NCBI GenBank assembly: GCA_041178085.1
Contig: JBEGVZ010000107.1
Location: 1-23,124 of the forward strand
DNA: 23,124 nt
Source: Pseudomonadota bacterium
GTDB lineage: Bacteria; Bdellovibrionota_B; Oligoflexia; Oligoflexales; RGVZ01
Direction of reading: 5' to 3'
Part shown: positions 1-8,120 of the stretch, in pieces
Numbering within the stretch: the first letter of the stretch is position 1
How the letters are laid out: every line of letters begins with the position of its first letter
Made by a program: the position numbers and the translations under genes
Notes under the pieces: model-generated
Database searches by the model: none
Told to the model about the DNA's origin: nothing
What the model saw: only the letters and a program-made list of their open reading frames with translations

Positions 1-118
1 TTTACGCCTGGTTTCATAATCACTACTTGCTGAGAAATCCTGCGAACAAAAAACCTCCGGGGCTGGTACCCCGGCTCTCACTTTTGGCTGCCTGATGCAC
101 AATGGATGGGGGCAGTTT

Positions 119-148
119 AAAAAAAAATGGCGGGCATGATGCCCGCCA
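119..148 (-). terminator. Intrinsic terminator of the xth-E1-hypothetical unit
   Basis: Perfect inverted repeat TGGCGGGCAT (128-137) / ATGCCCGCCA (139-148), followed on the minus strand by 9 T (A-run 119-127). It lies 21 nt past the stop at 170. Confidence 0.9.
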
Positions 149-169
149 CTTCTAATCAGTTGTCTATTT

Positions 170-1024
170 TCAGCGCTTGATCTTGACGTAGACCGGGATC
201 GCACACTGCGCATTGAACGGTCCGTTGAGCGTGACGAGGATATCGCTGGCGCGCAAACCATGGCCGTTGTTGACGATGAACGCGCCGGCAGGTGACTGAG
301 CGGGGGCTGCTGCGTCGAATTGGCCCTCAGATACGGTGCCCGCTTCGAGTACTTCGGTCTGTCCGCAGAACTCCGGGATCGCCACTCGAATGCCGGTCAC
401 CAGGCCGGTCAATGGCGCACGACCACTCTGGACCACGGGAAGTTGACGGGCAAAACCGCCGCTGTAATTGAGCACGCCGAGCAGTTCTTCCCCGCCCTGA
501 ACCAGATTGTTACCGTCCGATGGCTGGCCCGGTTCAACGGGTTGCGATGGTTCGGAAGGTTGTGTGGGCAGCGGCTGTGGAGCCGGACCTGGGCTTACCG
601 GCGACAATGGCAGGCCATCATCGACTAGGGCGAACAGCCTCAATTCGCAGAAGGACGGAGGCAGGCCCCATGCCTGCGACATTTCGAACGCAACCCAGGT
701 AACGGAACCAAACTCCACTTCAAACGAGCCGTCGATGAAGCGGTTCATCCGGTGGACGAATACCGGCCTCGGGTTGCCGCGGTACTGAGCTGAAATCACC
801 GATGCACGGCAAGACGGGCCGGCCAGCTGAACTGCCAGGCGCGGCGTGACCAGGGGGGCGGGAAACGTGTACCCGGGGCTCACTGTGATTCTGCCGCTGT
901 CCACCACCAGGCCGGTAGTAACGGAAATCATCCGGTAGGCCGGGGCGGCCTGTGCCTGCCCGGCGGCTGCGATGGCGGCGGTCGCAGCGACAGACACCAT
1001 GAGGTTACGAAGAATGGTCATCAT
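170..1024 (-). CDS. Exported hypothetical protein with two Cys-pair beta domains and a Pro-rich linker
   Basis: 284 aa ORF with an Ala-rich signal peptide ending AQA, a GAGG RBS, an 18-nt gap after the E1 stop, a PQP/PSQP/EPGQP linker and a downstream terminator. Confidence 0.8.
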   Translation of the reverse strand: MMTILRNLMVSVAATAAIAAAGQAQAAPAYRMISVTTGLVVDSGRITVSPGYTFPAPLVTPRLAVQLAGPSCRASVISAQYRGNPRPVFVHRMNRFIDGSFEVEFGSVTWVAFEMSQAWGLPPSFCELRLFALVDDGLPLSPVSPGPAPQPLPTQPSEPSQPVEPGQPSDGNNLVQGGEELLGVLNYSGGFARQLPVVQSGRAPLTGLVTGIRVAIPEFCGQTEVLEAGTVSEGQFDAAAPAQSPAGAFIVNNGHGLRASDILVTLNGPFNAQCAIPVYVKIKR

Positions 1025-1042
1025 GAAATTACCCTCGTCTCG

Positions 1043-3511
1043 TTAAATTGCCGGGAATTGTCCCGGGTTACGTTCGTGCATCACACCATACACAACTTCG
1101 AAAACCTGTTCGCTGTTTGGTTTCGACCAGTAGTCCCCGTCTGAGGCATAGGCCGATCGGTGCTCCTGCGCCGCAATGGTCCTTGGTGCAGCGTCCAGAT
1201 ATTCGTAAGCGCCCTGTTTTTCAAGCACTTCTTGCATCATGAAAGCTGAGGCTCCGCCGGGAACATCCTCGTCCATGAACACCACGGCATTTGTTTTCCT
1301 GATGGATTCCCCGATCACCCCGTAGCGGTCAAACGGGAGCAGTGTCTGGGCATCGATCAATTCAACACTGATGCCAACATCCGCCAGCATCCGTGCGGCT
1401 TCCTGGGCAATGCGTACGCAGGCACCGTAAGTCACCAGCGTCACATCCTGGCCAGCCGAAAGGACTTCCGGCAACCCCAGTGGAACCGTGTATTCACCAA
1501 TGTTGGCGGGCATGTCCTCTTTGACCCGGTATCCATTAAGGACCTCAATGACCAGCGCCGGGTCGTCGCCCTTGAACAGGGTGTTGTACATGCCGGCAGC
1601 CTGGACCATGTTGCGCGGGACACACACATGCATGCCGCGCACTCCGCCAAGGATCGTGCCCATCGGCGATCCGGTGTGCCAGATACCTTCCAGGCGGTGT
1701 CCTTTGGTCCGGACGATCACCGGGGCAACCTGCCCCCCGACCGTGCGGTAATGCATGGTGGCAAGGTCATCACTCAGGCCCTGGAAGCAGAACAAAAGGT
1801 AATCGAGATATTGGATGTCGACCACCGGGCGAAGGCCGCGCATGGCAGCGCCAAGGCCTTGACCCAGGATCGTTGCTTCGCGGATTCCTGTGTCAGTGAC
1901 GCGGATCTCGCCAAATTTCGCCTGCAAACCTTCAAATTCAAGGTTCACTCCACCCAACTTGCCGATGTCTTCTCCAACAATGAAAACGCGTGGGTCGCGG
2001 GCCAGCTGGATCTCAAAAAACTTTTGGATGACTTGGCGACCGTCTACCTTCTCCGGACTGGCATCGTATTGAGGCTTCACTTCCGGCACGGCCAGCGGCG
2101 AGCGCGCGGTCTCACAAAAAAGATGGGAAGAGTAGCGGCGCTGGTTTTCGGCGGAGTAATCCGCCAGCACGGTCCGAAGTTCCTCTTTTTCAGCAGACGC
2201 CTCATCGCGGAGGGCGAAAAGGAGGCGTTTCATTGACGACTGGATGTTGCGACGCATCAGCGCCGGCGCACGCAACAATTCCTGTGCTGCGCGCTCGACC
2301 ACTTCCGCATGTTGAGAAGCAGATTTCAATCGCTCATAGATTTCGATGATGCGGGAACGATCAGCCTCAATCGGTGACAGGTATTCACGCCAGGCTTCTT
2401 CGCGCCATGCTTCGACTTGCTTGCGTGCTTCTGCCTCAACTGTATCCAGTTCGCTGGCAGTCGAAATCCCTTCAGCGATCATCCACTCACGCATCTTCTT
2501 GAGGCAGTCGATCGATTCCTCGTACGCAAGGCGTTCCTTGCTCTTGTAGCGTTCGTGGCTGCCACTGGTTGAGTGGCCCTGTGGCTGGGTCATTTCCACC
2601 ACGTGCAGCAGTGCTGGCATGTGCTGCTCACGGCAAACCTGGGCGCAGCCGGCGTAAGCCTCAATGAGGGCGGGATAATCCCAGCCTTTGACCACCTTGA
2701 TGTGAAAGGCTGGCAGGCCCGGCTCGCTCTTGAAGCCGTCCATGACTTTGGAGATCGACTGTTTGGTCGTCTGGTACTGGGCAGGTACGGAGATGCCATA
2801 CTCATCATCCCACACCGACATCAGAAGGGGCACTTGCAGAACGCCCGCGGCATTCATGGTTTCCCAGAAAAGTCCTTCGCTGGTGCTGGCGTTGCCGATG
2901 GTGCCAAAAGCGACTTCGTCACCGTTGATGGAGAATTTCACTGCGCCGGCCAGCCCAGGCGATTGCCGGTAAAGCTTTGAGGCGTAGGCCAGTCCAAGAA
3001 GTCGCGCCATCTGTCCGCCCGTAGGCGAAATATCCGCAGATGTATTGACCGTGTCGGTCTGCGACTTCCATTCACCGTCCTGCGTCAGGTAACGGGTGGC
3101 AAAGTGGTTGTTCATCTGGCGACCACCCGATGCCGGGTCGTGTTCCAGGTTGGTGTCAGCGAAAAGCTGCGCAAAGAACTGTTTGATGGTGCACGCACCT
3201 GTCGCAAACATGAACGTCTGGTCACGGTAGTAACCGCTGCGCCAGTCACCCTTGCGGAAGGCCCGCGCCATTGCCAGCTGAGCAACTTCCTTGCCGTCAC
3301 CGAAGATCCCAAACTTGGCCTTGCCAGTAAGTACTTCCTTGCGGCCGATCAGGCTGGCCTGGCGGCTCATGTATCCTGTGCGGTAGTCGTTCTTGATCTC
3401 GTCCGCGGAGAGCCCGTGGCGTGGCTGGGCGCCAGAATCATTGCCGGTTGGCTTTGAGGAAGCCTTGGGCTTTGTGCGGGTTGCGGTTTCGGTACTGGTT
3501 GTTGGTTGCAT
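1043..3511 (-). CDS. 2-oxoacid (probably branched-chain) dehydrogenase E1, fused alpha/beta subunit, TPP-dependent
   Basis: E1-alpha motifs (GKAKFGIFGDGKE, SGYYRDQ, variant TPP motif GNASTSEG...WDD, GHSTSGSHERY) fused to E1-beta motifs (GEDIG..GGV, DTGIREATILG, ELID..TL.PFD). Start moved from TTG 3520 to ATG 3511, which has GGAG 9 nt upstream and lies just after the xth stop. Confidence 0.92.
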   Translation of the reverse strand: MQPTTSTETATRTKPKASSKPTGNDSGAQPRHGLSADEIKNDYRTGYMSRQASLIGRKEVLTGKAKFGIFGDGKEVAQLAMARAFRKGDWRSGYYRDQTFMFATGACTIKQFFAQLFADTNLEHDPASGGRQMNNHFATRYLTQDGEWKSQTDTVNTSADISPTGGQMARLLGLAYASKLYRQSPGLAGAVKFSINGDEVAFGTIGNASTSEGLFWETMNAAGVLQVPLLMSVWDDEYGISVPAQYQTTKQSISKVMDGFKSEPGLPAFHIKVVKGWDYPALIEAYAGCAQVCREQHMPALLHVVEMTQPQGHSTSGSHERYKSKERLAYEESIDCLKKMREWMIAEGISTASELDTVEAEARKQVEAWREEAWREYLSPIEADRSRIIEIYERLKSASQHAEVVERAAQELLRAPALMRRNIQSSMKRLLFALRDEASAEKEELRTVLADYSAENQRRYSSHLFCETARSPLAVPEVKPQYDASPEKVDGRQVIQKFFEIQLARDPRVFIVGEDIGKLGGVNLEFEGLQAKFGEIRVTDTGIREATILGQGLGAAMRGLRPVVDIQYLDYLLFCFQGLSDDLATMHYRTVGGQVAPVIVRTKGHRLEGIWHTGSPMGTILGGVRGMHVCVPRNMVQAAGMYNTLFKGDDPALVIEVLNGYRVKEDMPANIGEYTVPLGLPEVLSAGQDVTLVTYGACVRIAQEAARMLADVGISVELIDAQTLLPFDRYGVIGESIRKTNAVVFMDEDVPGGASAFMMQEVLEKQGAYEYLDAAPRTIAAQEHRSAYASDGDYWSKPNSEQVFEVVYGVMHERNPGQFPAI

Positions 3512-3516
3512 CTTAT

Positions 3517-4341
3517 TCAACTCCAGTGAAATTCAGCGATCACAGGTGCGTGATCAGAAGGTTTTTCGCCCTTGCGTTCGTTACGGTCAACGCGGCATTC
3601 GCGGCAGAGTTCCGCCAGCGGTTGGGTCGCGTAGATCAGGTCGATGCGCAGGCCTTTGTTTTGGGGAAACGACAGTTGCCGGTAATCCCACCACGAGTAA
3701 CCCGGATCGTCCGGATAAAGCCTGCGGTAGGTGTCCACCAGTCCAAAAGTGGTGACGCGATGCAGTCCCTGGCGCTCGCGCGTCGATGTATGGATGTGTT
3801 CACGCCATCCTTCCGGGTCGTAAACGTCAATGTCCGCCGGGGCGACGTTGAAATCCCCGGTGAGTGCCACGAGGTCGTCAGGTTTGTGATGTGTATCGAG
3901 GTATTTGCGCAGTCGCTGGAACCACTCCAGCTTGTAAATGTATTTTTCTGAGCCGACGGACTGGCCGTTGGGGATGTAGGCACTCATGACGGTCAGTGGG
4001 CGCTCGCCCGTTTCGCCGATATCCCAAGTACCGGCAATGAAACGCGCGGATGAATCGTCTCCGCCATCGCCAAAGTTGCGGACCACTTTCAGCGGCTTTG
4101 ATTTTATCCGGTTGGCGTGGCTAAGGATCGCGACGCCGTTGTAGCCTTTCTGTCCGAAAACCTCCGCGCGATAGCCGGCGGCGATGATGGGTTCGTGCGG
4201 GAATTTTTCGTCAGCACCCTTGAGTTCTTGCAAACAAAGGAAGTCAGGCTGTTCCCGCTCCAAAAAGGCGGTCAAGCGGTCCAGTCGCTGAAGAACCGAG
4301 TTAACATTCCAAGTAGCTATTTTTACTAACTTTTTCGGCAA
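3517..4341 (-). CDS. xth: Exodeoxyribonuclease III / AP endonuclease
   Basis: ATWNVNS, LCLQELK, KGYNGVAI, YIPNG, GDFNVAP, YSWWDYR, GLRIDLI and PSDHAPV motifs. The TTG start is uncertain. Confidence 0.95.
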   Translation of the reverse strand: MPKKLVKIATWNVNSVLQRLDRLTAFLEREQPDFLCLQELKGADEKFPHEPIIAAGYRAEVFGQKGYNGVAILSHANRIKSKPLKVVRNFGDGGDDSSARFIAGTWDIGETGERPLTVMSAYIPNGQSVGSEKYIYKLEWFQRLRKYLDTHHKPDDLVALTGDFNVAPADIDVYDPEGWREHIHTSTRERQGLHRVTTFGLVDTYRRLYPDDPGYSWWDYRQLSFPQNKGLRIDLIYATQPLAELCRECRVDRNERKGEKPSDHAPVIAEFHWS

Positions 4342-4411
4342 GCTAAAATTCCGTAGTCAGGGCCTCGTTTGAGGCACAGAGACTACCCCACGGAACAGGA
4401 AATTTCCGCCG

Positions 4412-4531
4412 GAAAATCAGGCGCTGGGGCCAGGCAGTCAGGGCGATCTTACCGGTGTGGCGGCAAGGAACTTGACCACCGCTGGCTTGGAAATCGCGCC
4501 GGAGGGCTGCCTGGACAGCGTCTTGCTTTTC
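4412..4531 (+). ncRNA. Putative structured RNA (rod-like hairpin), family unknown
   Basis: Nested stems found by hand: 4419-4426/4516-4523, 4430-4439/4505-4514, 4443-4447/4493-4497, 4452-4460/4476-4485 and 4464-4467/4471-4474. Four G-U pairs work only on the + strand. The element ends in a U-rich tract. Confidence 0.35.
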
Positions 4532-4647
4532 ACAACAACCCGTAATTATTGAACAAAAGAAATTGGCATTCCCGGCACGGACCGTGGATCTCCTGGTTCT
4601 ATCGATTGGGGGATCGTCCCCTCGTCCGGTCAATCAGGAGAAGCGTG

Positions 4648-6198
4648 ATGTCGGGTCGTGTGCGTGCAAGGGAAATCGTGGTTCTGGTCACTGCAGTGGT
4701 GACCATGGGTGTCTTGCTGGCAGCTTGCGGAAGCTCCGTCGGGGATTTTGCCCGGACGATTGGCTTAAGCAAGGAGCGAAAACAAAAACACGCCAGTCCC
4801 GACCCTGTTGACCCGGCACTGATGGCGCTCACCGCGCAATCCGTCACCAGCGATGCAAGCCATCAGGCATATGACCACTGCAGCCAGATTCTAGCCAAGG
4901 GGGTGTTCAACACCCGTCGCGTCGAGGACGACTACTTGGCTACCGCTAGGCAGCGGCGTTTCTTGTGTGCGCAGACCGAGTCTGCGCTTGAAGAGATTTT
5001 TTTCGATTACATGTCAGACAAATCAAAGCGGACTTCTGCGGCGTCAGGCAAAGGAAAGTCGGGCATGGACCTGGTTATCGACAGCCTGCCGGTCGGGTTC
5101 ACCATCGAAGGTGAAGGGCAAAGTTCTGGCAGCCAGGACAAGGAATATACCCGTGAGACAGCGAAAGCTCACGCGAGCAACTTCAAGGCTCAACATTGTT
5201 CGGAGTCCGATGAGTCCAATCAGGTTGAAAAAACCTATGACCTGCTTGAGCAGATTGCTGATGAAAACATCGTCGACGCCTGGAAGGCATGCATCAGCAA
5301 GAATCAGGGTGGTTTCTTTTGCCACGCCGAGGACAACGATGGCCATGTCCTTTTGAACCTGAAGTGGGAACCATCAGATCTTGCCCGCGAGGTTTTGCCG
5401 GTTGTTCAGCTTAACTGGCAGACCACCGAAAACCTTGAACTCGCAAGCCGCAGCTTGCCAGTGCAGCTGGGCGCGGGATCAGGAACTCCTGTCGCATTCC
5501 GCAGGGTGAAGGAGGATCAAGTGTCGGCGCTCCAGGTTTCGGCCACAGATGCCCAAGGGCAGGTGAGCTTTTCTTGTAGCCGGAAGATCCCCGCTGTCCG
5601 CAAGGGATCGATGATCGAGGATCGTCGCTGTGGTCCAGCGCTATTCAGGGAGCAAGTCGTTGAAGTCAAGAAGGGTCGTGGTCCCCAGTGCGGTGTGCAG
5701 GCGTTCAGTGAAGCTCGTAGCAGCGTCTGTGGTGTCGAGCGCTACCGTAGCGGTCCAGACATGTCATGCCCGGGTTCAAGCGCGGCGCACCAGTACAAGA
5801 AGGCCTTCGAGACCACGTGCGGGGGAAGTGTTGAAACCTATCACACGGCCTGCAATTCACCAGCAGACCGTCAGCTGGAAGTCCGGAGTTCGACGTCGCC
5901 TTGCGTGGTGACTGAGATGGTTGAGAAGTGCGTGCTTGGAATCTGCAGACGGGTCGAAGTCCCGGCCGTAAAGACAAGGCATGACGGCTCCGTCCTTTGT
6001 GAGATGCCTGCCGTGCCAGGCGTGTGCGAACTGCCAGCGCTCGGTGTCGAGGCCTGGAAGTCCTGCCGCCATGAATCGCATGGCATCGAATTATATGCCG
6101 AATGCCGCCACAAGGACTTTGGTGAGATCCGGGAGCGGCGGCCTGAATTTGGTGTCGAAAAATATAACAGCTGTTTCATCTATTTTGACGAAAGGTAA
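4648..6198 (+). CDS. Cys-rich lipoprotein with C-terminal 13-aa (C)GVExY repeats
   Basis: AGGAG (4636-4640) precedes in-frame GTG 4645 / ATG 4648, so this start is preferred to the ORF-track start at 4549. Basic N-terminus, hydrophobic core and lipobox LAAC; more than 20 Cys. Confidence 0.85.
   Translation: MSGRVRAREIVVLVTAVVTMGVLLAACGSSVGDFARTIGLSKERKQKHASPDPVDPALMALTAQSVTSDASHQAYDHCSQILAKGVFNTRRVEDDYLATARQRRFLCAQTESALEEIFFDYMSDKSKRTSAASGKGKSGMDLVIDSLPVGFTIEGEGQSSGSQDKEYTRETAKAHASNFKAQHCSESDESNQVEKTYDLLEQIADENIVDAWKACISKNQGGFFCHAEDNDGHVLLNLKWEPSDLAREVLPVVQLNWQTTENLELASRSLPVQLGAGSGTPVAFRRVKEDQVSALQVSATDAQGQVSFSCSRKIPAVRKGSMIEDRRCGPALFREQVVEVKKGRGPQCGVQAFSEARSSVCGVERYRSGPDMSCPGSSAAHQYKKAFETTCGGSVETYHTACNSPADRQLEVRSSTSPCVVTEMVEKCVLGICRRVEVPAVKTRHDGSVLCEMPAVPGVCELPALGVEAWKSCRHESHGIELYAECRHKDFGEIRERRPEFGVEKYNSCFIYFDER
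5629..6174 (+). repeat. Protein-level ~13-aa repeats: CGVQAF, CGVERY, LGVEAWKSC, HGIELYAEC, FGVEKYNSC
   Basis: Read directly in the translation. Cys spacing is 20,13,13 before and 13,13,23 after a central 6-Cys segment. Confidence 0.8.
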
Positions 6199-6242
6199 CC
6201 CTGACGACAGGAGGCGTATGGTCTGAAATGAAACTCTCCGGT

Positions 6243-6280
6243 CGGCGTCCCTGGTGGTCCAGGGGCGCCGTATCGTTTTC
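6243..6280 (+). terminator. Intrinsic terminator between the convergent lipoprotein and ABC-F genes
   Basis: 12-bp stem CGGCGTCCCTGG / CCAGGGGCGCCG (one G-U on the + strand) with a 4-nt loop, followed by TATCGTTTTC. Confidence 0.7.
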
Positions 6281-8120
6281 AGCCCTGCGAACCATTCATG
6301 GTATCCATGACGGCGAGCCACTCTTCCTCGAGCGTTGTGATCTCCGCCGAATTGGCGGCCAGCTTTTGGATCAAGTCCACGTCGGCAGGACTGTCGAGTA
6401 ACAGCGTAGAGAGCCGTTCCTGGTCGGCCTGGAGTTTGGCCAGGCGGCTTTCAATTTCGCTGCTTCGTTTTTCGGCGCGTCGTTTCAGCATGAGTGCATG
6501 CTTTTGACGTTCCCGTTCTTCCCTGTGGGACGGGAGTGATGCCTTTTCCCCGTTTTCGACCCCGGATTTTCTCGCCGTCGCGTTTGCTTTCGGGTCAGTG
6601 GCAGCCTGCGTCTTCATGCTGCCGCGCCGCAGACTCCAGATGTAGTCGTCGTAGCTGCCATGATAGATCGTCGCCCGGCCATCGCGGACTTCAATGATTT
6701 TGGTTGCGACCTGTTTGACGAAAGTCTGGTCGTGGCTGACAAAAATTACATTGCCGTGGAACTCCTGCAGTGCCCTTGCCAGCGCCTCTACAGTGTAGAA
6801 ATCGAGGTGGTTGGTGGGTTCGTCCAGGATGAGCAGGTTGCTGCCCGTGAGCAGTATCTTTCCAAGTGCGACCCGCGCTTTTTCCCCGCCCGACAGGTTG
6901 GCGATCCGTTTACTGACATCGCTTCCCGAAAACAGCAAGCTGCCGGCAAGGTCGAGCACCCGCTGGTCAGGCAGGCCAGCGGGGGCGGCTTCCCGAAACA
7001 CTTGAATGATCGTCGACCCGGCAGGAAGCTCCGCGGCAACATGCTGGGCGTAGTAAGCCGGGCGCACCTGACTGCTCGCGGCAAGCGATCCGGACGATGG
7101 ACCCAGACGCCCCGCGATTGCCTTGACCAGCGTCGACTTCCCGGCGCCGTTTTCTCCGACCACGGCGACCTTGTCGCCGGTCATGATCTCGAACGAAGTA
7201 TTGCGCAGCACAGTGCGCTCACCATAACCAAGGACCAGTTCCTTGCTTATGATTTCAATCTTGCCGGTTGTCGTGGGCTGCGGAATCGAAATTTTTGCCA
7301 GGGCAGGAAGAGGTTTGATGTCAATTGATTCCATCCTGTCCAGTTGTTTCAAGCGGCTTTGCACGGCTCTTGCCTTGGTTGCTTTCGCACCGAAACGGGC
7401 AGCGAAATCACGGATCTGCTGCTTTCTGGATTCGATGCCGCGCGCCGTTTTTTCAAGTTGCTGCCGCAGCAATTCCTTCTGCTCGAAGTAATCATCAATC
7501 GAACCGGGGTATTTGATGATGTCGCCTTGCTCGACCTCAAGGATGTGATCTGTGGTCCTGCGCAGAAATTCCCGGTCATGGGAGATAAGCAGGAAGGTGC
7601 AGTCAAGGCTCAGCAGCAAGTTCTCAAGGACAATCAGGGTCTGGACATCGAGGTAGTTGGTCGGTTCGTCCAGAAGCAACAAGTCAGGCTTCGCCGCCAG
7701 CAGGGCGCACAACTGCACCCGCATCCGGTAACCACCAGACATTTCCGCAAGGGGGCGCCTTGCCGTGGACTCGGGGAGTTCCAGCGCGTTGAGCAGGTTG
7801 GTGATTTCCCAGACCTGGGCGCCGGATTGCGCGGTGATGTAACTGATGCCGTCCTGGTCGAGGGGCAATTGCTGGTCTTGCCTGAGCATGGCCAGGCGCA
7901 GGTTGTTTTTCTTGATGATCTGCCCGTCGTCGAGGGTGTCGTCCCCGGCGATGATGCGCATCAAAGTCGACTTTCCTGCGCCGTTTGGCCCGATGACGCC
8001 GATGCGTTCATCCTCATTGATGCTGAATGTGGCGTTGGCAAAAAGGTTGCGCGCACCGAACGACTTGGTTCCGTTGTTCACCTGGATCAGGTTTCGTGAT
8101 GGTTCACCTGGCTGCGCCAA
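6279..8120 (-). CDS. ABC-F family ribosome-binding ATPase (YheS/Uup-like)
   Basis: Two ABC domains (GPNGAGKST, MSGG, LLLLDEPTNYLD, ISHDR; GENGAGKST, LSGGE, LILDEPTNHLD, VSHD), the interdomain linker RFGAKATKARAVQSRLK, a C-terminal coiled coil and no TM segments. The TTG start overlaps the upstream gene. Confidence 0.93.
   Translation of the reverse strand: MAQPGEPSRNLIQVNNGTKSFGARNLFANATFSINEDERIGVIGPNGAGKSTLMRIIAGDDTLDDGQIIKKNNLRLAMLRQDQQLPLDQDGISYITAQSGAQVWEITNLLNALELPESTARRPLAEMSGGYRMRVQLCALLAAKPDLLLLDEPTNYLDVQTLIVLENLLLSLDCTFLLISHDREFLRRTTDHILEVEQGDIIKYPGSIDDYFEQKELLRQQLEKTARGIESRKQQIRDFAARFGAKATKARAVQSRLKQLDRMESIDIKPLPALAKISIPQPTTTGKIEIISKELVLGYGERTVLRNTSFEIMTGDKVAVVGENGAGKSTLVKAIAGRLGPSSGSLAASSQVRPAYYAQHVAAELPAGSTIIQVFREAAPAGLPDQRVLDLAGSLLFSGSDVSKRIANLSGGEKARVALGKILLTGSNLLILDEPTNHLDFYTVEALARALQEFHGNVIFVSHDQTFVKQVATKIIEVRDGRATIYHGSYDDYIWSLRRGSMKTQAATDPKANATARKSGVENGEKASLPSHREERERQKHALMLKRRAEKRSSEIESRLAKLQADQERLSTLLLDSPADVDLIQKLAANSAEITTLEEEWLAVMDTMNGSQG

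Noticed and set aside
28..80. GCTGAGA suggesting a TPP riboswitch near a TPP enzyme
   Set aside because: The downstream CCTGA...AATGC...GCGTAGGGA core is missing, and the site is downstream of and antisense to E1.
4412..4531. Hairpin as SRP (4.5S) RNA or 6S RNA
   Set aside because: No CAGG/GNRA/AGCA domain IV motif on either strand, and it is too short and lacks the large central bubble of 6S. Kept as an unknown structure.
4343..4633. 96-aa minus-strand ORF in the xth / lipoprotein spacer
   Set aside because: No recognisable motif or RBS; it occupies a region needed for divergent promoters.
4549..4647. ORF-track N-terminal extension of the lipoprotein
   Set aside because: TTG start without an RBS. 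AGGAG plus ATG 4648 gives a normal-length lipoprotein signal.
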